64,000 nt of DNA from Cycas panzhihuaensis. Its lineage: Eukaryota > Plantae > Cycadophyta. The DNA is taken from positions 215,519,741 to 215,583,740 of the forward strand of contig CM041465.1 of NCBI GenBank assembly GCA_023213395.1, in the 5' to 3' direction. Under the pieces are notes generated by a model. The model was not told the DNA's origin. It was given only the letters and a program-made list of their open reading frames with translations, and did no database searches. Positions within the stretch are counted from its first letter, which is position 1, and each line of letters starts with the position of its first letter. The translations under genes and the position numbers were made by a program. Shown piece by piece: positions 25,847 to 40,380 of this stretch.

Positions 25847-27429
25847 TGTCATATCCCTACTTACTATGCTCTAATACTAACTATCATGGCCTAACTCATT
25901 GTGAGACCCAAGTCCATGTATGCCTTATTTATATGAGATAAAGATAAGAAATTTTTTTTCTCTCATTACCTCATTGATTACACATCAAAAGGCCAATAAT
26001 TTGAGCAATATTAAGAAGAATGTAATATTTTCTGGCCAACTTCTATTGCTATCCTTTGGCCACATATTTAAGGAGGATTTGTGGCCTCATTTAATCATTA
26101 TCAAAGAAGTCTTGGACTATAGTATTTTTGGCCCTTTTGGGAGCATTATGGAGGGAACCTCACCTCAAAGAGGGATCCATTATCAATAATAATTGTGAAG
26201 TCATTTGTTCTTAGAAGAATTATGTAAGATTACTACAAAAGCTTCTTAATTATGATGTAGAACTAGTAGAAGAGTATTCCCAAGTGAAGCAACAAAGCAT
26301 GAATTGAGGTGCTTACACATTCATTAATCATTTCCCTTTTGCTTTCAATAGTCATATGTAGAAAGAATCATAAGCATATCATTCATTTCCTTTTTACAAT
26401 AGCATATAAGCATAAAGAAACTATATTACATATGAGGCATTTCCTTTCCTCTTAATAGTAACATAAATGAAATAATAAGAGAGCAAGGCATCACATCATC
26501 AAAGAGATAACATGTCAATAAATAAGTAGTAAATATGCCAACCAACTAGATTAAAACTCATGGATTTCCCACCTAGCTATTTATAATCCCAAAGAGGAGA
26601 GTGCCCTTGAGCTGGAGCAGATGATATGAATGTCAAAATGCTGGTAATCTCTCATCATATAATAATCCCTGTTACTAAACTACAAAGAAGTTTCCTTGAT
26701 AGTTATTATTATATCCTCTTCATTTTGGCTTTTAATAACTTTGCTATTACACACTCTTTGTTCAAAGTAAAGGTATAAGGGAGTCACACTCAACCATGTA
26801 TATGAAATAGCCTAAGGGAGCTTTACACATCCCATGCTAATGCCATTTATTATTATAATAAGTTGTGGAATTACTCCACTCCCAAAGAATGGATGTATTT
26901 GCTCCATTTGTTATTGTCCTTCCTTAATTGTTAGTGCAAATCTTCACTTGATGATAAACCATTTCATATATTATATATTCCTTCTCTATTTTCTATGACT
27001 AACTAGCTTTACCATGTCTCATATGGCTCATCACTATAATAATCTCAAAGGACTACTTCACTATGCAACTTCATGCTTTGTCCATGCATCCAAGTCATGA
27101 TCAAATTATGGATTCACTCCACCCCATAAGATTTATGGTTTTACACCATTAAAGAAATATGGTTTCACATTACTCCATAAAATAGATGTGGATTCACTCC
27201 ATACTAACATAAATTACTAATAAAACCCATGAATAGTCTAAGAAGGTTAGAACAATGATACATTCATATGATTATGATAAAATCTACATGTATCCCTTTA
27301 TAGGATAGTTGTTATCACCATAAGTTCACTGGCAGTAAAAAAGAATCACTATCTACTCAAGATTCATAAGTTATACCAAGAGAATCCCTCTAAGAAGTCA
27401 AGTTCTAAGCTTAAATAAATGGCATTACA
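25847..27429 (-). repeat. Putative old Gypsy LTR (~1.6 kb)
   Basis: Termini TGTCATATCCC...GGCATTACA, a purine tract AAAAAAGAGGTAGT upstream on the minus strand, and minus-strand TATAAATAG near 26580. No partner LTR or TSD was found. Confidence 0.35.
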
Positions 27430-29099
27430 ACTACCTCTTTTTTGCCAAAGCATATCTCATCAAAGTTTTGGTATAAATACCATGTCTACCTTTCCTTTAA
27501 CAGCATATATTCTCAATTATCAATTGATTTTGTCCAAGTATTATAGTTGAATACAAAAAATACAAAAACAAGCTTGCTTACTAAGTTACTAAACTTTGCA
27601 ACATGTTATTACTTGTTTCCAACTCTACTATTATCATTTCATTTTTCCTAAGCAATAATCTATTTAGCTTGTAGCAAAATTTAGACTTCCCTAAATTGCT
27701 TCGCAACTCCTTCCCTAGCTAAGATACATCATATGTCTTCCCCCAAAAGTAAGAGATGTGTGTAGAATGTACTAAAGAGATTATAGAATAGTGTGTCAAA
27801 AGTGTCTAAGAAATTCTCTCTTCCAATGTTCAATTTTCTATTGTGATGTCATTAATGTTAAGTGAAGAATTTAAGTATAATATCTAGTCATTATATAAAG
27901 TAACTTATTGTTAATACTTTGAGGTATAACAATTGAAAAAGTTTTACATACTTTAAGTGAAGGGCCAAGAATAAGGCTTTACATTATAATTTTCTATGTC
28001 ATGCTAGGAGGCTATATTGACACTAAGGTCACATTAACAAAATAGAGAAATAGTTTTTGGGTTGTTTTATTTTCTAGTTTTTTATAAAGGGGATATCAAT
28101 TTTATGATATAATTAAAAGACAAAAAAAATGAAGAAAATAACTCTTAAATAAGAAGGCAAAATTCTAAAGGATTAAAGAGTTCCAAGGAATGTTCCCACA
28201 AATCACTTTCCCATGTGATGAGATCTTAATGCTTCATAATCAAAGAAAAGGTTTACCAAGTGAGAATCCATCAAGTAGGAAGTGATCAAGCAGGAAGCCT
28301 CTAAGTGAGAAAGGTTGAAATGTGGGATATCTAGGTGGGGGGGACCACTTAATAAAATTTGACTCAGAGTGAGAGAAACAATGAAGTATTTTCTATTCCT
28401 ATTGTTTTTATTCCTCTAGCCTTAGTTCCTATGTATGATACCTTTTTATGTTCTAAAATACTTTTCAAGATGTATAGTGGGAAAGCATCATATGGAAAGT
28501 AACTTGTAGGAAGACTAAACATAAGAAATTAGATGGCAGGTCCTACTTTTTTTATTGGCTTATATTCCCACTAATAAGTCTTTCATTAGACAAGCTTAAA
28601 GTAGGAATGAAAAATAGAAGAAAAGTGACTAAGCAATAAGTCACTAAGCAAGAAAGGGAATAATAAATAACAAGCCTATAAAATATTCTTCTACAAAATT
28701 ACTCCAGTTTAAAGGCATAATTTAGAAAAAAGGTCACCAAGCAGGAAGAAGATAAGTAGGAGAGAGATCAATGGGAGAAAGAAGTTTTGTATCTACTCAT
28801 AATATCAACAAAAATTAATAGGCATTCTTTAATTATATGTGTGTATTAATGGTCGTATGCCTAAAATTGATACTGTTCATATGTGAGGGATACTTAAGCC
28901 TTACTAATTTTTTATTCCTTGTCATTCTTTACATAATAAACAAAATTTACATAGGATTTTCTATAAAGCAATAATAGAGTTCTATTAATATTTTTAAGAG
29001 TAGATTTTAAGTTGATAGTTTAGTCCCCTCTATCTATTATTTTCTATAATATGAAAAGGTAGCTTAATAGGTATAGTCTATTTTCTTCATATTCTAGTG

Positions 29100-32000
29100 A
29101 GCAAAAGGGATAAAATGCTAACCATTGAAGACATTGAGGTAAAACTACCTTGATCAAACTCATAACTATGTCTAGAATATGAAAATAAGGTTGATGCTAT
29201 ATGGCATTATGGTCTAGTTAGGATTGCTCTTATCTCTAACATGTTTCCATGCCCATAATTAATAGGGAATTTGTCATTATGTGTAGACTAGGAAGCCAAA
29301 GTGATTCTTAGACCCAATGATTAGATCATTACCTCTTTGACTTCCAAACACTTCAAAGAAATTTCTAAGCTCCCTAAGCAAAATATAGCTTATGATGTAT
29401 CAAAGCTACAATAAATGGTTGAAAATGATAAAGATACCACCAAGGACATAGGAGATTAGTATGTTAGATAGCCTCAAAAGGTCATGAAGAGAGAAACTCA
29501 AAAGGTGGATCTTTTTAAAAATCATATTAGGTTGTGGAATTAACTCTTGTCTATGGGTTTTAGTTTTAGAGGCAATACCTAGATGCACCTGACATAGGAT
29601 TTCATTATCTTCAAGTGTTTGAAAGAAGGGTTTTTGTTGGATTGGGTAAAGAATAAGTTATACCATTCTAGAACAGCTCTATGGTTTGCATCAAGGTACA
29701 TAATTGTACATGACCTCTTATTTGATTTATGTCATATTAGGAATTATGGATTTTCTTACTTTCCTTCTAAAGCCCAAAATAGATAATTCCCTACTTTAGT
29801 TTTGATATGCCAAGGCATGGAAAAGAAAAATGTCTTTTCACCCTTATTCATAGGTTAGAAATTTCTATGTAATTATTATAACCAACATATACCCTCCATT
29901 CATAATTGATGAAGATTTAAGCTTTGATGAAAGAAAGATAGCATTACTTATGGTGATTTTTATCTTTTTGAGAACTATATTAAGATTAGGTTATATAGTT
30001 TTAATCGGTTAGCCTTATATTTTCCATTATGATCTCCCCCTTAATTATTCTATATGGCAATATATAGATAATTATTGTATCTTATAGTAGTGTTATATCC
30101 CATTACTAGGAAAACCCCTTTGTAGTCTAGAGATCTATCTACTGGATATTAGGCAACTAGTATCTAATTTAAAATTGACCTATAGGAGAAATGGTTAGAA
30201 GTCAATAATTTAAAGTAAATAGCCCCAAGGTATTATGACCTAGATGATGTTATAACAAACTATATGAAGATTATCAAGATGAATTCTAAAGTCCATCTAC
30301 CTAATGGTATTGAGATTTTTTTAAATCAAGATGATGAGGGCAAGAGATGTCTAAATGATCTATTAAGGCACTATGCTAGCTATCAAAGCATCTACTAGTG
30401 TTCAACAAGTGGGGAAGTAGTAGGAGTAGTAATAAAGTAGGTTCAAGAACATAGAAAAAGAAAAGTACTTGAGGCCTCAAGAGATAAAGAGAAGAAGAAG
30501 AAAAAGAGAAAACGTCTACTACCACTTTCTCCATCTATCTCACCTTCACCTATTTCTATAAAGTCAACCTTATAAAGCCCTATAGATTAAGAAAAAGATA
30601 TCAAAAGAGGTAGCTAAAGTAAAGAAGACTTAAGTAACCATTATCTCTACTATAGAGCCAAAGGGGTAACAACATAAGATCCTACTTCCTTTGGTCTTTA
30701 ATCCACCTATAATTACACCTACACCATAGGGAGTAGACTTAATAACACCATAAGGAGGCATGGAGGGAGTAAAATCCACAAAAGTAAAGTTGAGATAAAT
30801 ACCTAAAATACAAGTACAAGATATTATTAAAGCCCCAAATTTAATTGATCTCACTAAAGAGGGAGTGAATGTACATTGTAAAACTCAACCCACATCTTAC
30901 CTCCCTAATAATAGCTCTATGTAGAGAAGATTATTGAAAAAATAGTGGAAGTTATAGGACTAGAAAGAGGAGAAATTTTTAGTAAAATATAATAGATACT
31001 TAATAAGGTAGATTATTATTTAAAGAATATAGAGATACTCATCATGGATGAGATGGGAATCCATGATAAGTATATTAAAGAGAAAATACCCATGATATAT
31101 AATTTGATCATCCTTAATATTCCCCAATTTTTTTTATAGAAGAAATCAATCCAAAACTAAGGAGAGGTCAGGAAGATAATAAAACACCATTAATCAACCA
31201 TGAGAGGGGGGGGAAAATAAATGCCTAGGTTATGGAGGCAAATTAAAAATAAAATATTGGATTCCACTCCCAACTCATCCAGAGCTTTTCATGAAGAGGT
31301 TGAGAAAAGATTTTGTCATTGGGATAAGAAGGAGAGAAGCATTGACAAAAGGAAAGAAGGTGATTGAATATTCTACTTGGTCTAGTCATGATGATATTAC
31401 ACTTGAATCTAAAGATCTATGCATGACCATAGGGTAAGTGGTGAAATATAAAGTGTTAGCACTTTAGATTTAGTTATAATGGGTGATGAACGAAAACACC
31501 ATAATTTGAGATGAGAACCCAACATTAAATCATAGATTAGACTAGATGAAGAATGCCTAGTTGGATACTTTAAAGGATATAACATAGGATCACATAGACC
31601 TTAGGGTTGATGATAGGTTAGTGGGATGGTTGTAGCTTAGATATCATCAAAGTTAAATGTGATATATATAGAAAAGATTATCAAAGAGGAAAACCTCTGA
31701 AGACCTCATTCCTAGACTTTCTTCTAGATAATTTTTTACTTATATAATCAAATCTAGAGTCTAAAAACTATCACCATCAAACTTTAGAATGCTTATGCTA
31801 TGGAGTTATAGTCTGAAGGTGAATTCACCAAATTTCAAGAGGAAATGTCATTAAGAACAACTTGGAATAAGAAAAAACATGCTAAATTCATCCTAAAATA
31901 GGAGCATATACTAGAGTTGGGGGTGGATAGTTTCAAGAAAATTACTATCATATTGGAAGGTCTTAAAAAGATTTTAAATGATATTTCAAAAAATTTCATT

Positions 32001-32400
32001 TTTTTAATTTATTTTATTAATATATCCACATTGAACCAATGCTTTGTAATGGAGAGGTAAGAGTTTGATAAGTTAGTAACCAATGTAATGGATAGAAGAA
32101 AATAATAATTAGACTCAATAATGATAGAAGAAGTTGAATCATTGCATTAATATGGGATTAGAGTAAATACTAGATTTTACTCAAGAATTTGTTGGAATCC
32201 CAAGAATGCAAACTAAGAAAAATTAAAGAAAAACTATGTAGAGAAGAGGGACATTTAGAGCATTGAAATCCTTTAATCCTATAAGTCATGCACTCCTAAA
32301 TTAAAGATGGAATTGATAAGACCTCTTCAACCACTAAATAATAAAATTAAGCATTGTTATGATAAGATGTTGACAATTGACCATTTCTTCTATTCCCCTA
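29100..32400 (+). pseudogene. Long, heavily decayed ORF, probably an accessory ORF of a Gypsy element
   Basis: Protein-like stretches broken by point stops: IWHYGLVRIALISNMFPCP*LIG, FLLDWVKN, LYMTSYLIYV, GDFYLFENYIKIRLYSF, then a K/E-rich tail. The resemblance to conifer TE-derived hypothetical proteins is from memory and unverified. Confidence 0.5.
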
Positions 32401-33924
32401 ATTGATTTCTTGTAACAACTACACCAAACTCAAGGATCTTAGTAATTATTATAGTGCTTACACAAGTACTGGGATTATCTTTTACATAATAGTTAGAGGA
32501 GTACTCATACCCAAGGCTCTATAAAGAAGACATAAATCTAAGAGAAAGGATAAGGGGGATTTTTCTCATTTTTTAAAAATTTTAAATATATTTTCAAATC
32601 TCTTACATGGTAAAAGGAGAATTACTATAAAAGATGCTAAAAATTTTAAAAGGGGTTCATTACATAGGTAAGAGTTTAAGGATTACAAACCAGATTGTTT
32701 TAAGTCCAAATACCATTGGTAAGCATAGTGCTATGAAAGGGTTTTGGTCTAGATTATAAAATTATATTATGAGTATCAAAGAGAATATATTAAGAAGCAC
32801 TTATAGCACTTAATGTATTATTTTTTTTATATTCTATTTTGATGAATTAGAATATAATATTTATACAGTCATATTACTCTTCTTTTATTAAAAGATTCTT
32901 TGAGGAAGACAAAGTTATTATGATGGCATGAGATGTGTATTCTTATATCCTCAAGTTTAAAGCATTTTTTATGTTTCCTATGATTTAACCTTTTTATTAT
33001 TATTTAGAATGCTTTTCATTAGTAGTGAGTATAAGGTATATGTTAAGGCTTTTTGGCTACTCATTGTTCTTACCATTGATGGTATATCATTTCTAATACA
33101 AATTGTTTTATATTTGTCTTTTACATTTCTCCTATAGATGGTTTTGGGAGCACTATTAGAAGGGATTAACTAATAGTGGTTTATTTCTTTAATACCAAAA
33201 TGTGCTCTTGTAGGAGGATGGATACATAAACATAACCAAACAATGAAACCTTAAGGTGTTAAAAGGTTGTGTGAGGTAGGGTGTGAGAAAATACCCCTCA
33301 TAGGGCACTTGTTTATCTCTTAGACATGAGTGCGAGGTCTAAATAAAGGGAATTTTAAGGCTAGTTAGAAACTATAGGTAACATGAATGTGTAAATATGC
33401 TTATCATGGATCAAAGGAGAGGTGTGAACCTATGATAATCTAATCATGAAGCACAATGTTATAAACCTCTTGTTATTAGTTGAAAAGATACATTTAAAGG
33501 GTTATGTCCCTTGATAAACAATGGATCCAATATGTATATGGCCATTGTCATGTTGTAAGAACCATCTTTCAAATTGATATCAATAATATTTGCTTTTCTC
33601 AAAGCTCTCTGCATTTTATTAATTCAGCTTCTCTTAGTTTTGGATTGGGTTTGATACAAGTGGTATTAGAGCACTCTCTTGGGCTAGACTCTCCCTTAAG
33701 ATCATAATCTCATAATTGATTTCTATCCACCGTTTCTATCTACGTCACCTTTCTTGTCTCGTTTCATCTAGTTCTCGACAAAGATTTCATCACTAGTTTC
33801 TCATTATTGTTCAATGGTTTATTTTTCTCGTTGCTATTTTCACTAATTCTCTCATCATTGTTCATTGTTCTCATCACTATTCACTGGTCTATTTTTCGCA
33901 TCGTTGCTAACTGGTTTTGCTGAT

Positions 33925-34215
33925 TAGTTTTCTCATCATAGATTTTGCATCTAAAATCTAGTCACTGGTTTCTCGTTACTGACGGATTGTGTCCAGTTTC
34001 TAGTCACTGTCTAGTTTTCTCGTCATAGATTTTACGTCTAGAATCTAGTCAATGGTTTCTCATTGCTGACTGGTTTGCATCCAGATTCTAGTCACTATCT
34101 AGATTTCTAGTCACAAATTTTACATCTAGAATCTAGTCACTCATTTCTCATTGCTGACTGGTTTGCGTCCAGATTCTAGTCACTGTCTGGATTTCTAGTC
34201 ACTGCTGGATTTCTC
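33925..34215. repeat. About 3.3 copies of an ~87-88-bp higher-order repeat in the leader of the Reina-like element
   Basis: Units start at about 33925, 34012 and 34100. They are built from TTTCTMGTCRCTG-like subunits that also decay upstream to ~33790. Confidence 0.85.
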
Positions 34216-35273
34216 ATTGTTGTCTCGCTTTGTTCTCGTTGTTCCTCATCTCACCAGATGGTTCTTGTCTCATTTTTTTCTCCTTGTTCTCATCTCATTT
34301 CATTGTGTGACTTGTTTCATCTCACTGCGTCCTTCTGTTACATTACAATTTACCAGTCTGTCATTTTATACTTTATCTATATACTTGATCAATCATATAT
34401 ATTCCTATTGCATTCTATCCATCCACATCTCTCGATGTTCAGCACAATCATCACTTTTCTAGTCGTATAATATATCAAGAATGCATTGCATTTTCTTTTG
34501 AAATCCATATATTCTTTATATTCACTTCATTTTTATCCATTCATTTACCCTTCGTCATCAATATTAAGATGCATTGGATATTAATATTGAAGGCATTTCA
34601 TACCATATATTATAAATATCTTTTTATTCTTATTATTATAGATATATGCATATATATTCTTAAGCCGTTAACTTATACATAAATCATTTACGCAGCCACC
34701 AAGCTACTTAATATTATATATATTTATTGCATTCATCTAATATATATATATATATATTATAAGAGAAATTGATTTATAATATTAACTAAATATAACCTTT
34801 ATATTTACTTTATTAATCACATATATTAGACAATTATTTGTACGTACCATATCAATAGTCTTAAAGATCTTCGGTTATACTTATAATCTTTGATTGTTGC
34901 AATACTGATCAGATAGTATTTTTAACTTATGTGGGACATTTAGGCTTTGACCTCTTCTAAGTCACTTACCCATTCAATCCATTAACATTTGTGGAATAGT
35001 GGATAGTTTATCTAACCCAATTATCTATCTTCTTAGATATTTTCAGTAATCTGTCAACTTATTTGATTAATTATTTATTTCCAGCCAAAGTTCTCTTAAA
35101 ATTTGATATTAAGTATTGGAAGAGTGTGAGGGTCTATTTTATGAAGCTTCATTCAGCTTATGAAATTTATACATCAAGAGTAAAAGAGATTGATAGGAGG
35201 AGCAGAGACTTGCATTGGCACTCTAAACACGACTGTCAAATAGTGGAATTGTATTTATATAATTGTTAAAATA

Positions 35274-38200
35274 ATGAATACTAAAGACATGGCAGACAAC
35301 ACCGTTCAAAAAGAGATCGTTGAACCAATCACTCAAGCAGTCCATAGCGTAGTTCAAACGTCAAATGCCCTCTTAAACCATACCTTACGCCAAATTTTGG
35401 ATAAACTAACAATCACGGCGACAAGTAGAAAAGAAGATATGATGTGCCAGATTCAGAGGATGAAGCAAATAGTCGCCAATCATATTTCAGACATCAAACT
35501 ACAAGAAATCAGTTGGGTCCTTAAATATCTCTGATTAATTTTGAAAATGAGGCTATCAGGAAGTATCTTAATGAATACTAGAATTTAACCCCTAAAGAAC
35601 AAAAGATAGTGGGTTTTTAGGCATACTTTAATTACTTACAGAGTATTCAAACATAGAAAAAGAAAAAGTTAGAAAAAATTACTATACAACGTTTCAGTAT
35701 AGAATAAAAATCGCATGAGCCAAGAGTATGGATTCAACAAATGGAAAACTACTTTCGCTTACAGAGCAAGTCTCATTAGCCACCCTGCACATGGATGGGA
35801 TAGCATGTGAATGGTGGCAGTGTCTAGAACGAACCTCTTTTTAGACTCAACTTTCAATCTGAAAAGAATATGTACGCTTATTCATCAAACAGTTTGAGAC
35901 TGTAATTAATCATAATTATTATTGTGAATTACAAAGATTAAAGAAAACTTGTTCTGTGGAAGAATATATTGCAGCATTCACGAGGCTAAGCTATGTGTTA
36001 GAAGATATTCTGACTAATCGACTTATCTAGCTATATATAAATGGTTTGATAATAGAGTTCCAAGTTGATGTTAAAATTCAAGAACCTCAGGATCTGAATA
36101 AGGCAATACAACTAGCCAAAATACAAGAAGGAAAGATCAATGAATTAAGGAAGGCAAGAACAAGACCTTATATTCCTTCGTATGCTCATTCTAATCCTCC
36201 TTCAGCTATATGACCTAGTTTTGTACCTAACAAAGTTACTCGACCAGTTAGACCATTGATTCAAAAAATAAGAGCTAAGCAAGATGAGCTATGAAAAAGG
36301 AATCTCTATTTTAGGTGTGCTAAAAAATGGGTATCTAATCATAAATGTCAGAAAAATCAATTATACATGATCAAATTATCTCTAGTAGTAGAGGATGAGG
36401 AAATTAAAGAAGAGGATGGTACTGAATGTGGCCAAGAAAATATTGAAAATCAGGAGTATCAATATAACCAAGAGGAGGATGTCTTAAAAATGTCATTCTC
36501 AATTATGAGTGGTTTTACAAGATCTGACACACTTAAACTACGAGGATTTATTAAAAATCAAGCCATTATGATTTTGATCGATCCAAGAAGTACTCATAAT
36601 TTTATTGATAGAATATTAGCTCAATATTTAAAATTATTTCCATTTAGAACAACACCTTTTCAAGTAAGTGTTGGAGGGTGACAGGTTATATGTTGACAAG
36701 GAATGATGGAAAACCTTAAAATCTCAATTGATGACATTACTTTTAAAGAAAATTTTTACGTATTAGATGTGGGTGAAGTAGATATTATTATGGGGAGTCA
36801 ATGGTTACGAACCTTGGGAACTTTTGAGATGAATCTTGAAGAATTATTTATGAGATATAAGAAAGATGGAAGAATTATCGTCCTTCAAGGAGAAAAACCT
36901 GCAAATAGCCAACTGATATCTTGTAAAAAAATGGAAAAATTAATAAAGAAAGGCCATCATGGTATGATGGCTCAACTTTTTTCGATCCAGGCAAAAATTA
37001 AACCAACTACACAAGAAAATGAACTATAAAAGGTCATCTAGAAGCATAAAGAAGTTTTTCAAAATATTCCAGCAGAATTACTACCAGACAGAGGATGTGA
37101 ACATCAAATCGAATTAGAAGCAGGCACTAATCTGATTGTTATCTGGCCCTATAAACAACCACATCATTATCAGAATGAGATTGAAAAGCTCATACAAGAA
37201 TTATTAGATATAGGAGCAATAACTCCTAGTAAAAGCCCTTTTGCAGCACTGGTAATCTTAGTAAGAAAAAAAGATGGATCTTACCATATGTGCATAGATT
37301 ATTGAGAATTAAATAAAGTTACAATAAAAAATAAATTTCCTATACCAAGAATCGATGAATTACTAGATGAATTACATGGAGCAGAATATTTTTCTAAAAT
37401 TGATTTAAAATCAAGCTATCATCAAATTCGCATTAAACCAGAAGATACATACAAAACAACCTTCAGTACTCACCACGGTCATTATGAGTTCAAGGTAATG
37501 CCCTTTGGCTTAACCAATGCACTAGCCACATTTCAAGCTATAATGAATCAAGTTCTGAAACCTTTCTTGCAGAAGTTTGTTTTAGTCTTCTTTGATGACA
37601 TATTAATATTCAGTAAACATTGGGGAGAACACATGAATCATCTTGACTAAATACTGAACACCTTAAAGAAACAAAAATTCTATGCTAACAAATCAACATG
37701 TTACTTTGGAATGAAAGAAATAGAATATTTAGGTCATCTTATATCAAAAGAGGGAATTAGAAATGACCTAGGAAAAGTTAAGGCAATTCAAGAATGGCTG
37801 ATACCAAAAAATATTATGAAACTCTAAGGATTTCTGGGTTTAACAGGATATTATCGATGTTTTATGAAAAATTATGCATAGAGAACTGCTATCTTAACTT
37901 GTTTATTAAAAAAGGATTCTTTTTAATAGAATGAAGAAGCAACAAAAAGTTTCACACAAATCAAGCAAATAATGATACAGTTACTGATACTTACGCCACC
38001 TAATTTTTTTTTTTTTTATAATAGAATGTGATGCATCAGGAATAGGAATCGATGCAATACTGATGCAAGAAGGTAAACCCATTACATTTGAAAGTAGGAA
38101 GCTAAACAACTGAGAAATTCTCAAGTTAACTTATGATAAAGAAATGTTGGCCATTATATACGCTTCAGTTAAATAGTGTTAGTATCTATTAGGTACAAAT

Positions 38201-39850
38201 TTATAATCAAGATAGATCATAACAGTTTATAATATTTACTAAAACAAAAAGAATTATCCCCTAAACAACAAAAATGGATAAGTAAAATTTAGGCATTTGA
38301 TTTCAACATAACATATAATAGGGGAAAAAATAATGTGGTAGCTGATGCCTTGTCACAGAAAGATGAAGAAAATATAGAATCTCAATTGAAGGCTGTCTCA
38401 ATGATAGAACCAGTATGGATCATGGATTTATAATCTGAGTATGTGAAAGATCCTGATATTCAACAACTCATTCAAAGAATTCAACAAGGAAAAGAAGACA
38501 AATTCAAATGGATAAATGATATTTTATGGTATAAAGGACAGATATTCTTAGGTCCAAACTCAGCTTTTCGTAACAAGATATTAAATGAGGCACATGTCGT
38601 ACCTGCCGCAGGACATGAAGGATTTTATAAAACATATCTGTGAATCAAACAGTCATTTTTCTAGAAAGGAATGAAAAAGGACATAATGAAATTTGTAGCT
38701 AAATGCGCAGTATGTCAAGTCAATAAATATGAATGTATTGCTACTCCTCATCTGCTCCAGCCTCTTCCTATTCTATAACAAAAATGGGAAAGTATTAGCA
38801 TGGATTTTATCACAGGTTTACCAAAATCAGAAGGGAAAGATGCTATCTATATGGTTGTGGATCATTTAACAAAGTTTGCTCATTTTATACCCATTCAATC
38901 TAACTACAAAGCTCAGCAGTTAGTTGAAGTATTTATCAAAGAAATTCACAAGTTACATGGCTTTCCACAGACCATTATTAGCGATAGAGACCCTAAATTT
39001 TTAGGCCATTTCTGGCAAGAAATGTTTCGGCAAGTAGGTATAAAATTAAATATGAGTACTAGTTATCATCCGCAAACAGATGGATAAACTAAAGCAGTTA
39101 ATAAATATTTAGAGAATTATTTACGAAATTATGTAATAGATAAACAACATTTATGGGTCAAATAGTTACACTTAGCTGAAGCATGGTATAACTCTTCTTA
39201 CCATTCGTCCATTAAAATGACCCCTTATCAAGAATTATATGGCTACTAACCAACTCAATTAAAAGATTGGTTAAAAACGGATAATAAGGTTCCAACAGTT
39301 AATGGCTATCTCAAAGAATCGCATAATATAATTCAAATATTAAAGTGATATTTAGAAGAAGAAAGGAATCGTATGAAATAACAAGCTGATAAAAGTTGAA
39401 TAGAAAGAATATTTGAAGTCAGAGATTGGGTCTATGTGAGGCTACAACCATACAAGCAAGCATCATTAAAAAAATTTCAAAATAAAAATTGAGTCCTCGA
39501 TTTTATGGTCTTTTTCAGGTTCAACAAAAAATTAGAACCGTGGCTTATACCTTAGAGCTTCCCACCTCAAAATTACATAATGTATTTCATGTGTCATGTC
39601 TTAAAAAGAAAATTGGAGATCATGTGCAGGTATAAACAGACTTGCCTCTCCTTGATGAAGAAGGCAAATTAATCTTATTACTAGAAGCTATCCTTGAAGT
39701 TTGAGAACACCGGCTATGGTCAAAAACTATTCAAGAATATTTGATTAAGTAGAAACAATTGCCTATAGAAGATGCTTCCTGGGAATCCTCTAAATTTATC
39801 AAGCTTCACCCTGAATTGAGACACGAGAGTTTTATGGGCGAAACATCTTG
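35274..39850 (+). pseudogene. gag-pol of the Reina-like element (gag, PR, RT, RH, INT, chromodomain)
   Basis: LYFRCAKKWVSNHKC knuckle, ILIDPRSTHNFID (PR), PFGLTNA and [10 protein letters not shown] (RT), IECDASGIGI (RH), MDFITGLPKSEG...YHPQTDG (INT), QEYLIK*KQLPIEDASWE (chromodomain). Confidence 0.95.
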
Positions 39851-40064
39851 AGATGGAGGAATTATTATAAACCTCTTGTTATTAGTTAAAAAGATATATT
39901 TAAAGGGTTATGTCCCTTGATAAGGGATGGATCCAATATATATATGGCCATTGTCATGTTGTAAGAATCATCTTTTAAATTGATATCAATAATATTTGCT
40001 TTTCTCAAAGCTCTCTGCATTTTATTAATTCAGCTTCTCCTAGTTTTGGATTGGGTCTGATACA

Positions 40065-40321
40065 CGCACTCCTAATGAAACTACATGCATATTTTAATTG
40101 TATGCACCTAGTAATCGACTCTAACTAGCATATATCCTTTTGGTATCATGAGTTCATGGACTCATAACAAGTGTGATCCTCGCTTTTGTTTTGACCCTTT
40201 TATGAATAAATGTATTCTAGAGAAATATTCAATGTGTAATAAAAAGAAAGTAATGTTCTCTTTTTTGGGGTTTTTTACTTTTCTCTTTTTTTTGAAATAA
40301 GACTAAGTCTTACAAAGGGGT

Positions 40322-40380
<59 letters not shown>

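Larger units (their letters stand above)
33457..40064 (+). mobile_element. Chromoviral Gypsy (Reina-like), full-length, inserted into the 3' LTR of D
   Basis: 202-bp LTRs at 33457-33658 and 39863-40064 with 11 differences. PBS TGGTATTAGAGC at 33661, PPT GAGATGGAGGA. TSD CACAA/CGCAC matches the empty site CACAC at ~59483 in the other D LTR. Confidence 0.95.

Noticed and set aside
33790-34215. CRISPR-like array
   Set aside because: The units are contiguous tandem repeats without unique spacers, there are no cas genes, and the context is a plant retrotransposon.
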